A stretch of 64,000 nt of DNA from Lama glama (lineage: Eukaryota): the NCBI GenBank assembly GCA_028534125.1, contig CM052816.1:558001-622000 (forward strand), read 5' to 3'. Positions 26,403 through 38,920 of this stretch are shown one piece after another (the first letter of the stretch is position 1; every line of letters starts with the position of its first letter). The notes beneath the pieces are model-generated. The model did no database searches, had not been told where the DNA came from, and was given only the letters and a program-made list of their open reading frames with translations. The position numbers and the translations under genes were made by a program.

Positions 26403-26630
26403 CTGGTGGCCGGCGTCCTGCAGGGTCTTGGCAGCGGTGAGCCCGGCCATGCCTGCTCCAATCACTACTACGTGTTTCCTTTCCGCCGTCTGCCCCAGCC
26501 CGTCTTGGGCCAGCCGCACCAGCTCTTCATACTGGGGGTCCTCAAGGCACTTGACAAGCCGGCTGTTGAAGGCCTGGGTACACAGGCTCAGCACAGACAG
26601 GAGGGTGAGGGCCAGCCAGCCCGGGCACAT
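26403..26630 (-). CDS. L-amino-acid oxidase-like (IL4I1/LAO1 family) gene, exon 1: signal peptide and FAD-binding Rossmann motif
   Basis: [20 protein letters not shown] hydrophobic leader; [34 protein letters not shown] (GxGxxG)|gtacgt. Confidence 0.93.
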
Positions 26631-26699
26631 GGCTGTGGAGATGGCAGGCAAATGGCTAGGGACCAAGAAGTCCTGCTGTTCTTAGCGCTTGCTCCGAGG

Positions 26700-26735
26700 A
26701 GTGATTATATTGCTTGGCCTGTGACGCAATATGCC
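26700..26735 (-). promoter_or_regulatory. Candidate core promoter of the oxidase-like gene: TATAA plus C/EBP-ATF-like composite site
   Basis: Minus-strand TATAA at 26705-26709, ~75 nt upstream of the ATG; TGACGCAAT at 26722-26730. Confidence 0.45.
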
Positions 26736-27332
26736 AGCACTCCCATACGCTTCCTTCCTTACTGGAGCATGCCTTAGTCACTGGGCGGCCAAGCCACCCC
26801 CAGAACCCCAGATGGGCAGCACTGCCCCCTCACAGCCTCCACTCGATGCAGCCCGGACCCCTGCTCACGGTGTCTGCCCTTGGCCAGCTGGACTACCGCC
26901 CAGGAGGCCAAGCCCTCGGCCCAATGAGGGACAGGTGAGCGGGACCTGTCTACCACATTGGGTGTCCCATGTCCCCGTTGGGGTTGACAGAATGTTTGTT
27001 GGAATGAGAAGCCCTAACTCACTGGCCATGGAAGGATAGGGTGAGGATGGAGCAGGTAAAGGCATCATTAAATAATGTCGGCTGTTTCTGAGATGTGCGT
27101 GGCACAGTACCAGCTTCCCGAGCCCAGGACAGAGAGGGCCAGTTCGTTTGCCAGGGATGCTCGAGGCTCACTGAGGTTAAAGAGTCCGCCCCACTGTGAG
27201 CCTGCATTTCCACGCCTGCCTGGGACAGGGTTCCGTTCCCTTTGTGTCATCCCTTCCCTCTACGACCCTAGGAAAGGTTCATGTTTGTGATTGTCACTTT
27301 CTTATTGCTGTCATTGTTGCCACCACTATCTG

Positions 27333-27729
27333 TGTTACCGGCTGAACTGTCTCTCCCCACCAAGTCGTGTATTGAAATCTTCACGCCCAAGTGCTCAGAA
27401 TGTGACTGTAATTTGGAGACAGGGCCTTTCATGAGGTGATGAAGTTAAAATAAGGCTGTTAGTGTGGGCCCTGTGCAGTCTGACTAGTGTCCTTATAAGA
27501 AGACATCCTGACACACAGAGACACACCAGGGATGTGTGCACAGAGGAAAGGCCGCATGGGGACACGAGAGAAGGCAGCCATATGAGGCCAAAGACAGAGG
27601 CCTTGGGGGAACCAGCCCTGCCGACACCTTGATCTTGGACTTCCAGCCTCCAGAGCTGTGAAAAATTCCCATTGCGTCAGCCACCCAGTCTGCAGTGTCT
27701 TGCTGTGGCAGCCTGAGCAGACTGATACA
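27333..27729 (+). mobile_element. MaLR LTR (MLT1A/B-like)
   Basis: tgttaccggctgaactgt...cagaatgtgactgtaatttggagacaggg...accttgatcttggacttccagcctccaga...gactgataca. Confidence 0.8.
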
Positions 27730-29377
27730 CTTTGTCACCACCTTTCCCTCTGCATCTTCCCCTATAATAGGGAGAAGGGAGGGTCTGATTCTGGCTCTCA
27801 GGTCAGACTCACCCCCACACACTTGAAAAAAAGTATGCATTCATTTTTAAATTTTTAATTTTTTCCCCTTTTTAAAAATTCTAGTATAGGCAGTGTACAA
27901 TGTTGTGCCAATTTCTGGTCTACAGCATAGTGTTTTATTTTTCACATGAATCCGCACAAGCAGTGCGTGGACGTGCTCTTGATTCCAGTCTCAGGATTTA
28001 TGTTTGATTTGGGCCACCCTTGCCCCTGCGTTTATGGCCGTGACGGTTCAGTGGCATTATAGTAAAAGAAAACACAGAGGGCCAAATCGTTCATCCCCCC
28101 ACTGCCTCACTCTCCCACCCCGTTCCACTCATCACCAACAACAGTTTTCTGTGATGCCTTCTCTTCTTGCACAGAGTGAGAGGCAGTTGCTCAATCTTCT
28201 GTCTTCTCTGTTTTGGACCAGAAATCAATTCCTTTTGCACAGAGCCTGGCTCACAGTGGGCACTTGACATTCGTGGAATGCAGGAGTAGAGGAATGGACA
28301 GATGGACAGACAAATGGATGAAGAGATGGGTAGATGAATAAATAAATAAATGGATGGGTGGACAGAGGAAAGAAAGGATGCCTGGACAAATGAGTTGGGG
28401 CTGCCTACAACGCCTCCCTCCTGCCTCTGCACTGAGCTGCAGACTTCAGGCTTAGTGGCGGTACCCAGCCCGGACTCGGCCCTGCAGTCCGTCTGTCTGA
28501 AGGTGGACTCTATCGTCCTGTCTCACCCTTCCTGAAGGCCTCCTACATGTCTCCAGCCTCCCTCTGAGAACCCATGTGTCAGACTCTATAATTTGTTTTT
28601 CTACACGTACATACACTTCAGAATTCAGCCTTCCTCCACCCTCTGCCATCCACCTTTCCTTCGAGGAACTAGAGTGGGGTGCATTCCTTCTCTCTTCCTT
28701 GAGGTGAGCAAACGAAATCTGACCCATTCTGGAATCATAACTCTGGTCCCTTTTTCTACTCACTCCTTCTGGTATTTATAGTTTAATCACAGAGCTGGAA
28801 AACAGTGTTTCAACTTGTAAGGAATTCCAAGCATCTTGCTCAGCCATTAAAGAATCCAGAAGATGCACAGCTAGTCCTTCTAGGAAACACAAGTGCTTGG
28901 AGTGGAGGAAATTTGCATAGAGTTACTCATACTTTCCCATCTGCAACCTGACGCTGGAGAGCTGGTCCATTATGGCAGAGAGGGCTCCTTCCCAGCCAGA
29001 GCAGAGCACAACAGAACATCCTTGTGCTGAAGGAACTGCCCAGATTACCCAGCAGAGCTTTTGATTTCACCCAGAATAAACCAGATGGGGAAGTCTGTGT
29101 CGGCCCTGGTGCCACAGAGATATTCATTATTTGCCAAGCTAGGTTGACACCAGACCTATAGCCCTGGGTCTCTCAAGCTGCCCTTTACCATCCTAAGCTA
29201 ATCACCCACTGCCTTAAAGATGTGTTGCATCCTGTCGCTGGAGTGGGGACACCACTGAGCAGCCCAGATGCCTGCCCTGAGAGCCAGTTTCTAGGTCTGT
29301 CTTGTCCGCCCCAGTTATGCCCACACCTGGCAGCTCCATTGTGACTATCTGCTGGGTGAATGAATAAATGTAAATGA

Positions 29378-30040
29378 GCTGCATGTATCTTTTTGAGTTC
29401 GAGTTTCCTCCAGATAAACGCCAAGAAGAAGGATTGCTGGGTCATGTGGTAAGTCTTTAGTTTCTTGAGGAATCTCCATACTGTTTTCCATAAAGCCAAG
29501 ACATGGGAACAGCCTAAATGTCCATCAACGAATGACTGGACAAAGAAGATGTGGTATATATACAATGGAATACTACTCAGCCATAAAAAATAATAAAATA
29601 AAGCCATTTGCAGCAACATGGATGGATCTGGAGATTGTCATTCTAAGTGAAGTAAGCCAGAAAGAGAAAGAAATGCCATATGATATCACTTATATGTGGA
29701 ATCTAAAAAAAGAAAAAAAAAGACACTAACTTCTGAACTTATTTACAAAACAGAAACAGAGTCATAGGCATGGTAAACAAACTTATGGTCACTGAGGGGA
29801 AAGGCGGTGGGAAGGGATAAATTGGGAGTTTGAGATTTGCAGATACTAGCTACCATACATAAAATAGACTAACAGCAAGTTTCTTCTGTATAGCACAGGG
29901 AACTATATTCAATATCTTGCAGTAGTCTATAATGTAAAAGAATATGAAAAAATATACGTATGTATGTATATGACTGAAACATTGTGCCATACACCAGAAA
30001 TCGACACATTGTAACTGACTACACTTCAATTAAAAAAAAG
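29378..30040 (+). mobile_element. 5'-truncated L1 with an inverted 5' segment (~29378-29491, twin-priming type) and poly(A) tail
   Basis: Orientation switches at ...gttttccat|aaagccaagacatgg; 3'UTR ends cttcaattaaaaaaaa; approximate TSD taaatga on both sides. Confidence 0.75.
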
Positions 30041-32640
30041 TTTAAATGAAGTATAGATAAGGAAACCACCCATCTGAGGTCTTTCACGTCAAGAAATTCT
30101 TTCCCTTTGTCCCCTCCAAAATACATATGTCAGATGGTAGGTCTCCATTATTGGTTTGGAAAGTAGGGTCACCCTCAGCCCAGGGGCAGGACAGTGGTGG
30201 GGAGAGCCCAGCCTAGAGCCCTGGCCTGGCAGGACAGCTGAGAGTACTCACAGACACTTGGCGTGGCCCCCGGGTCCCCGAGAGAGCTCACTCAACCAGG
30301 CCAGCACTGCTGGGGCTCTGGCCTGTCTGAGAGATGTGGGCAGAGTCAGGAGACAGTTTCTCTCCTGCCTTTGAACTTCCCAGCTCCCATCCCTTTAACT
30401 GCATCAGCTGTGGGCGACTGGAGGAGGCCCTGTCTAGAGGGAGCTGGGGGAGGGGAGGTAAGCAGGCAGAACCCAGTGCTCCTCTTCTCCCCCTACCGCC
30501 AGACCTGCTTCTCCTGGCCTCCCCTGCCTGGATTGAGTCCGTGTCTGCCTCTCCAGTTTCCTTCGGCTGGAAACCCTGAAGGAGTTGCGAGTCCTCCCTC
30601 CCCTGAGTCTTCACCTCCAGGGCTCCCAGCCCCTTCAGGTCTGCCCCCCAAGGCCTCTCACTAGCCCCCACCACTTCTTTCCTAAGCCCCGCTCCTGGAC
30701 CTGGCCAAGGTGCTGTCTCCACTTCCCTCACACGTGGTCACTGCCTCCCTTGGCCAGCACCAGACTGATGGTTCAAAATGCAGGTCAGGTCATGGCAGCC
30801 CCTTGATCTAGCAGACCTCCCCTCTGCCTGGCCTCTGGGGTGCTCTGCCCTCGTCTCCCCTAAAGCTCTAATTTTGCATGATTGTACCTTTATCTATTTG
30901 GCTTCCCTGTCGGCTCCACAATATCAGGGCACTTGCTTCTTTGTCAAGGATGCTTAGTGGAGGGTGGATATGTAACGGTGTTCAAAGAATGCTTCACCAG
31001 TGAACGCAGGAACGAGGTGTGGGGCTGGGTGCCCACCATGGTCAGCAGCGAGGCCGGAGGATGGTAACATACCGCCTCTGACTTCAGGCAGTGTTCTTGC
31101 TCTGCTTTTTACCTCTTCTTAGACTTGGCTCCTCCCTCCCACGAGGGCCCTCTTCTCACCCCCTGTTCCTGTGTTTCAGGATATTTGGGATAGATTTCCC
31201 CACCTGGGGTTTAAGTCCAGATGTGAGCCCTGCACATCCTCCTCTTCTGGGTTCCCAGTGCATTTTTGTCCTCCGCGCACACCTGTCACTTCTGGGACTC
31301 AAGCCTGCTGCTCTCCCTGTAGCCCTCTCAGTCTGGGAACTGTAACCATCCTCTGTCTTGCCCTTTGCTGGGTGGTGAGGATTTGGGGTTGTCCAGGATG
31401 TGCTGAGAACATGAAGGACAGGGGTAGCTTGGGCTGGAGAGAAGGGATAGGGTTTGTCTGAGTAGGAAGGAGAAGGTGGTGAGTGGTGGTAAATGTGTAA
31501 GTTTGTCAGCACCTGCTGTGGGCAATACCACATCACTCCCTGCTCTCTGCAGCCCAGAGCCATGATGTGGTTCCTCAAGCTTGGCAGCATTCAGCGACGC
31601 CCTTGCCGAGCTGTTCAGCAGGGATGCTGGCATCCTGCTTCAGACCTTTCTAGTCACATCCCAAAGTGCCCCAACTCTGCTACAATTCTCATGCACATGA
31701 ATCAAAGGAGACAAATCTTCAAAGAGCTGGAGAGCTTTGGAGACAGGTGTAGTGTCAGCCTGGGGTGAGGGTAAGCCTAGACATCTAAGCCTAGACATAT
31801 TCTAATGGCTCTTATTGACTTGTTGAGTCATTTATTGCTCACTCATTCAGCATGCCTTTACTGTCCACCCCTACTCCAGGACTTGGGATCCCTTAGGGAA
31901 TAAAACTCACAGAATTTCCACAAGAGATGGAGGAAATGAGGAAATGCAAATTAAACCCCAGTGAGATTCCCCTTCTCATCCATTAGCCATGAGAGATGGC
32001 TGCAATTCAAAGACTGATTCTAGGAAATGCTGGCCAACATATGGAGCAACTGGAACCCTCATACGGTGTTGGTGGGTGTGTAACTCAGTTTAATCACTTT
32101 GGAAAACTATTTGTCATTCTCTACTGATGCAACATATATGTATATCCTACAATCTAGAAATTCCACTCCTTGGTACAGATCCACAAATAAATAAGTACAT
32201 ATGTCCACAAAAGACATGGACAGGAATTTTCATAATGGCCCCAAATTCAAACTGACATAAATAAACAATATATAAAGTGTATATTCATATAATACTACCC
32301 AGCAGAAACCAAGCAATTACACAAAGAAAACAAAACTTACTACTGATAACAATCACAACATGGGTGAATCTTACATACTCTTATTATTTCACGTCCATGA
32401 TGTTTAAAGACACGCAGAACTAACCACTGGAGATAAAAGTAACAGTAGGGATTACCACCTGAGGGTATTGACTGGAATGGAGCACAGGAGAACTTCCTGG
32501 GGCGATGGAAATGGTTCATATCATCTGGGTGGTCCCTCGAGTGTATAAATACACTCAACTTCATCAAATAAGATACGCACACTGTGCTATATACATAAAC
32601 CATACCCTAGTCAGAATTTAAAAACAAATTCTAAAATCAT

Positions 32641-34276
32641 GATCAAAGAAATAGACATGGATGGCCTACTAGATCAAGATTTCAAAAAAGGAGTGATTAC
32701 AGTACTGAAGGAACTAAAAGAAATAGTGTTTAGAGATATAAAATATCTCAAAACTGAAATAGAAGCTATAAAGAAGAACCAAGTAGAATTAGTAAACTCA
32801 TTGGATGAGATGAGAGCTGACCTAAAGGCTGTGCAAAGCAGGCTAGATAACGCAGAGGTATGGATAAGTGACCGAGAAGACAGGACAACAGGAAGCGCCC
32901 AGTCAGAACAGCTGAGAGAAAAACAAATAAAAAATAATGAAAACAACATAAGGGACCTATGGGACAATATAAAGCCTGCCAATCTATGCATGATAGGGGT
33001 TCCAGAAGGGGAAGAAAGAACAAAGGGGATTGAAAAGGTATTTGAAGAAAGCTTCCCAAACCTAAGGGAATCAGATAGCCAAGTACAGGAGGCTCAGAGG
33101 GTCCCAAACAGGAAGAGCCCAAACAGATCCACACCAAGACATATTATAATCAAGATGGCCAGAGTCAAGGATAAAGAAATGATCCTAAAAGTAGCAAGAG
33201 AAAAACAAAGAGTGAGTTACAAGGGAACCCCCAGAAGGCTCTCAGCTGTTTTCTCGACACAAACACTACAGGCCAGGAGGGAGTGACAAGATATATTCAA
33301 AGTCCTGCATGAAAAAAAGATGCAGCCTAGGGTACTCTATTCAGCAAGGCTATCCTTTAGAATAGAAGGAGAGATAAAGACCTTCACAGACAAGCAAAAA
33401 TTGAAAGAGTTTAGCAACACTAAACCCATGCTGAAAGAAATATTGACAGGTCTACTCTAGAAAAGCAGCAGGATGCTACAAAACTGAGAAACTCATAACT
33501 GGAAAGGAGATAACTGCCATGAATTACAAAAAGAATAAGCACAAAATTGTAAAAGAAGACATCCAAATCATTAAGAGTGGGAGAGGGAAGCAAGGAAAGC
33601 CACTGTGGAAAACAGTATGGAGATTTCTCAAAACACTAGGAATAGACTCACCATATGACCCAGGAATCCCGGTCCTGGGCATAAATCCAGAAGGAACCCT
33701 ACACCAAAATGACACCTGCACCCCAATGTTCATAGCAGCATTATTTACAATAGCCAAGACATGGAAACAGCCTAAATGTCCATCAGCAGATGACTGGATA
33801 AAGAAGATGTGATATGTTTATATCATGAAATACTGTTCAGCCACAAAAACCACCAACATAACGCCATTTGCAGCAACGTGGATGTCCCTGGAGAATGCCA
33901 TTCTAAGTGAAGTAAGCCAGAAAGAGAAAGAAAAATACCATATGAGATCGCTCATATGAGGAATCTAAAAAAAAAAAAAACAAAAACCTAAATACAAAAC
34001 AGAAATGGACTCACAGACATAGAATACAATCTTGTGGTTGCCAAGGGGGTGGGGGATGGGAAGGGACCGACTGGGATTTTAAAATGCAGAACAGAAGAAA
34101 CAACATTACACTGTACAGCACAGGGAAATATATACAAGATCTTGTGGTAGCTCATAGTGGAAAAAAATGTGACAATGAATATATATGCATTCATGTATAC
34201 ATGAAAAATTATGCTCTACACTAGAATTTGACAGAACATTGTAAAATGACTAATTACTCAATAAAAAAATTTAAGA
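32641..34276 (+). mobile_element. Internally deleted L1: ORF1 joined directly to the ORF2 extreme C-terminus and 3'UTR
   Basis: ORF1 translation (..RDLWDNIK..IGVPEGEER..PRHIIIKM..), premature TGA at 33284-33286, natural stop ~33460; junction ~33598 to [14 protein letters not shown] aattctaaa(a)tcat at 32627-32640 and ~34283-34295. Confidence 0.88.
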
Positions 34277-35706
34277 AAAATGAATTCTAAATCATAAAAA
34301 AGTAGCCATGTGCTAAAATGGAAATGGCTATTTCCTAAGTTAAAAAAAGGGGGGGGGCAGGAGGAAGACAACAGTGGGGGAGAGAGAAAATAAAGTAACG
34401 TCACGGTGTGTCAGGTGAAGGAAAGCACTGTGGAAGAGGAGATGTGGGCACAGGGCATGCGGAGATCTGGGCAGGGGCTCGAGGCCAGAGGGAAAGGGGG
34501 AGGTAGCAGCCGGGTGTGAGGCTGATGGGGACTCAGGCTGACATCTCCTGAGAACCTCCCTGTCCCGCAGCCCAGCTGTATCACTTCCAGGACCCCATTA
34601 AGACCTTAGAAGCCCTGAGCACCACGTGAAGTTCTCAGAAAAACATTGCCAAACTGCGATAGAAGAAAGTTGAACAAAACTCTGATTTTTGTTGACGTTT
34701 AAAAAATACCCATTGTTCAATTTGTTGGGGAACCCCCTTCCGCTTTTTGGGGGGTGTCCCCATGTTGCCAGGTCCCACGGTGTGGCTTTGACATCACTCT
34801 TGCTAATCCACCTCTGATTGTATTTTCCTCAGTCCCCACCCACGCACCTGGAAGCTGTTTCCTGATGAGGAAGCCAAGGCTCACTGGAGGGAGTCAGCGA
34901 CTTTCTGAGTGAGCCTGTTCGCCCGCATGCGTCTGAGCTGAGGTTGAGTCCAGCTCTGCCTATGCTTCCTGGGGGGAACTCTTGCGGGACTACAGACTGG
35001 AAGGAAATGTAACCAACATCTGACTCAAGCTCTGGTCCTGCATTGACAACTCAGGTTTGCACACAGCCATCACACACGTGGACACTTCTGAGGCCCAGCA
35101 AGCAATCAACAGGCAAGGGTGGGCAGTGCCAAGGCAGGGCTGCCACGGAACCCCGGGCCTGAGAGGTGGGAACCCCTTCAGGAGGGTGGGGACTGGGGCC
35201 GGCCAGGTGTGTCTTGGGACCCACATTCCTAGAGCTGGAACCTGACAATGGGGGCCAGGGCTCCTGTGCATTGGTGGGGGATGAGCTCTGCTGGGGTCTC
35301 CTCCCTGCCCAGCCTCGACCCTATCAAGCATCAGGACCCTGTTCTCCAGTTTACTCAGAACCAGGAGAGAGGAGGGTCCCCAGGCTGCCTGGATTTGAAG
35401 ATACTGGCCAAAGGAGGGCTTAGCAAGACCTCAGGTTTGTGCTGGGGAGGGTGCCCAGGGGCAGCCGGTCCTGGGGGCACTCTGTTCTTGAGGGGGCTGT
35501 GCTGGGGGGGGTCTTTCCTACTTGCCATCTGCTGGGGCAGGACAGTGATCAGGGAAGGGGCCCCTAAGAGCTTGGGTTGATGATGAGTTGTTCTGTTTGC
35601 CCCCCGGGATTCAGCCTGCTCCGTGAGAGTAGGGCTGATAGAGGCCAGGAGGAGATGAGAGCAGGATGGTGAGGGTCCAGGAGCTGGAAGGAGTAAGACA
35701 CTGAAT

Positions 35707-36054
35707 TGAAGGGGCAAAACCCACAAAGGGACCAGCAGGACCTCCCAGGCAGGGCCGCCGCCTTCCTGCTTTTGCGCTTCTGTAAAATGGCTTGCTTTCT
35801 AGGAAAACGAAACTTACCCCTAAAATTCCATTGGTTCCCAAAAGCTCAGTCCTCATTGGTCCATTTCTAACACCTCATTTGCATATGGCACGAACTTAAT
35901 CGAAACCTGAAACCCTATAAAATCCTGTGTAAACCTACAGATGGGGTTCAGCGCTTGGAGTGTTAACTCCTCTTGGCCCGCCGGCGTAATAAACGAGTTC
36001 TCCAGCCCTCTGAGTGTCGCTTGGTCTCTCGCCGGGATTCAGGCTTCTGTCACA
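35707..36054 (+). mobile_element. ERV1-type solo LTR (copy 2 of 3)
   Basis: TGAAGGGGCAAAACCC...ATTTGCAT...CCTATAAAA...AATAAA...TGTCACA; TSD gaat/gaac. Confidence 0.88.
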
Positions 36055-38509
36055 GAACTAGGGAGGGTGAGACCCTGGGTAGGTGCCCTGCCTGCAGTCC
36101 TATGGGGCAGTCACTGGCCTTCACCCCATCCCCTTGCCCTTCTTTTTTTGCACCTGCTCGCTGCCTCCTCTACACTCATGCCTTGGGGAGTGAGAGCCCA
36201 GCCTGCTTGTGCTCTCTGCATCTCACACAGAGGGGGATTGTCAATGAGCCGTGCCCTTGTGCCCTCCTCTTGGCACAGGTGTCAAGTAGAGTGAAGCAGA
36301 CATGGTGGGTGGGCTGTGTGGGCCTTGCCCCTCCTCAGTCTCCCCTGCAGGTGTAATGCAGAGCCTCAAAAACTGCATGGAGGCCGTTAAATTGGGGGTG
36401 GTTCATGCAGGTTAGGAAGAGGGGAGAAAAGGAACCAGGAGGAGGCCTCGGCACATGGCACACACTCTAACTTTGTACAGCTCCAGACGCACCCACCCCA
36501 GACCCCGATGGGGGCCGACTGATCCACAGGTCTTGCAAAGCCTGCCCCTCACACATGTCCTCCTCTGTCTGCATCAGCTCCCAGGAGAAAAGCGCCACCC
36601 TAGGACTCTCTCACTTAAGGATAAGATCAAACAGCAGGTGTAGGGAGATGGGGGAGGGAGCCCCTCATTTGGTCACATATGGGGGGTCTGTCCCATCTCA
36701 TCCCAGCTGTTGCACCAGCTCACCAAGCCGGCCCCTGGGGAGGCATGGCTAGGGAAGGGTGCTGGCCCAGATTGAAGGTGGCCGGGCCTCCGGCCAGGGG
36801 AAAGGTGAGCACCTCTCCCCCTCACTTCAGGGGTAGCTGGCTGGTTACAGGAGAGGTTACTTACAGGGTCTGCCACGTTCATCCTAAAAGGCTGTGCCGT
36901 GAGAGGGGGTGAGGGACCACGTATCTGAGAGCCTGCTTGGAGGTCGGGCATGTGCCCAGCAACTGGGAGGGTGGGTGGAGTTCAGAGTCCTAAACAAGGG
37001 CATGCCCACTGTGCTCCTGTCCTCATGTCACTGGGCTTCCTGGTCTCCCTCCTGCTTGTCAGGCCTCCACTGCCCAGCGCTGCTGGAGGGCAGGGAGAGG
37101 GTGGGATTTCAGGGCTGTGAGCCGGAATGCTCAGTCTTCTTGTTTCCTTCCCTTCCTTCAGCAGACATCCAGGGAGAAGTCCTTCTGATGCAACCGAGCG
37201 TGCCAGTCAGTGGCCCAGCAGGACCAGGCAACCTGGGTGGTTGGGGCAGGTTCTTGGTTTCTGACCTCTCCATCGTCCTCCCTCCTGCTCCCACCCAGCT
37301 CCTGGGCTCCCCTCCCAGCACATCCTGCCAGGAATGGGTTGGGGTGACCTGAGGCGGCCCCATGTACGGCTTATTTCTCCACCTTGAAACGTGGTCTCTT
37401 TTCTCGCAAGAGCTGCACAGGGAAGAAAAGGTCTGGTTGACCAGAAGCCTTTAGGTTCCCCTTGGGTGGATGACAGGGGCACCGTAGAAGGTCCACCAGT
37501 TGGCTGGTGCCTGTGGCCCAGACCCCACTCTGCCCTTTCTCGTGTATGTCCAGTCTGCTCTCTTCCTACTGGAAACCCACCTCTTCTGCCCCACCTGGAT
37601 GTCTGGGGTGAGCGTTGTCCTCCCCATGATGGGCTGGGGGTTGGAGGAAGTGGCTGGAGCCCATGCCGTTTGCCTTTCGTGGCTCTGAGCCTGGTTCTGC
37701 CTGGGCCTGCTGTGTGCCTTGGTCATGCCACGTGTCCAGTCTGCTGTTTCTGAACCCCACTTTGCCTTGACAAGAGAAGATCCACGTCCCCGTGCACTTT
37801 GAATTTCTAGTAAAGACTGCCAGCGAACTATTATTGCCTATGAATCAGCTTATATATTTGGCACGGGTTTTCTACTTGCTCAGTGAGATTTTTCTGGGCT
37901 CCACTGATGGTAAAATACCATCTCTGCCCCATGTGCAGTGGCCCTCCTGACCCTGAGGCCCTCAGAAGCAAGGCTGTGCCGCTGTCCTGTGAGGTGCTCC
38001 GCGCACGGAGATGCAGCAGGGCGGGGAAAGCTGGGAGGGGCTACTCAACCTCTCATCTCCCCAAGAGCCAAGGGTGCCCTGACCCCCGAGAGGCTCTCTG
38101 CATCCTCCCGGTGACACTAACAGGAAGTCACGAGGCTTAGGAACCCCAGAGTACCCGCTCCCCAAGAGTCCGGTTCATCGTCTCCAGATTTCTGGCCTCC
38201 CCATCCCCAGTCCTCCTCAGTTTCCACCAGTTCAAGCTGACGACTCCGGAGCTCAAAGCCTGTCCCGTCCTGTAGCTGCTGGATGGATGAGCCTGCCAGG
38301 TGTTGCATGACTGAGGTACAGAGCACACGCCTCAAGGGAGGGGACTGACACTCCGGAGTTGGAAGTTCAACTTTGGCTTGACTTCTGGCCAGCAGTGTCA
38401 ACTGGGTCACGACCTTTGACCTGCCTGAGCATCAGATTTTGCATCAACACTGCCACTTGCCCTGGTGGCGGGTGAGATTGGAGCAGACTCTCGTGTGGCC
38501 TCAGACTCA

Positions 38510-38920
38510 TACTTTAAAATTTACCATCCTAATCATTTTTATGTGTACAGTTCCATGGCATTAAGTATTTCCACATTATTGTGCACCCATCACCAGCCTC
38601 CATCTCCAGAACTTTGTCATCTTCCTAGTCTGGTACTCTGTACCCATGAACTCCCTCTCCCTCCTCTCCCTAGCTCCTGCCAACCACCCTTATGGCTTCT
38701 GTCTTTGTGAATTTTACTATTCTAGGTTCCTCATATGAGGGAAAGAACACAGTATTTGCCCTTTTGTGACTGGCTTATTTCACTGAGCATAATGTCCTGA
38801 AGGCCCAACCATGTTGTAGCATGTCAGAACCTCCTTCCTTTTTAAGGCTGAATCATATTCCATTGTATAGACACTCCCATTTTCGGTTAGTCATTCATTC
38901 ACCGATAAATATTCAGCTTC
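38510..38920 (-). mobile_element. Old L1 (L1MB-like) 3' end fragment
   Basis: ttaccatcctaatcattttt...catctccagaact...ttttgtgactggcttatttcactgagcataatg, a typical antisense L1M 3'UTR. Confidence 0.7.

Noticed and set aside
34990..38410. Many short overlapping ORFs in GC-rich sequence
   Set aside because: No recognisable protein motifs or consistent exon chain; expected at this GC content
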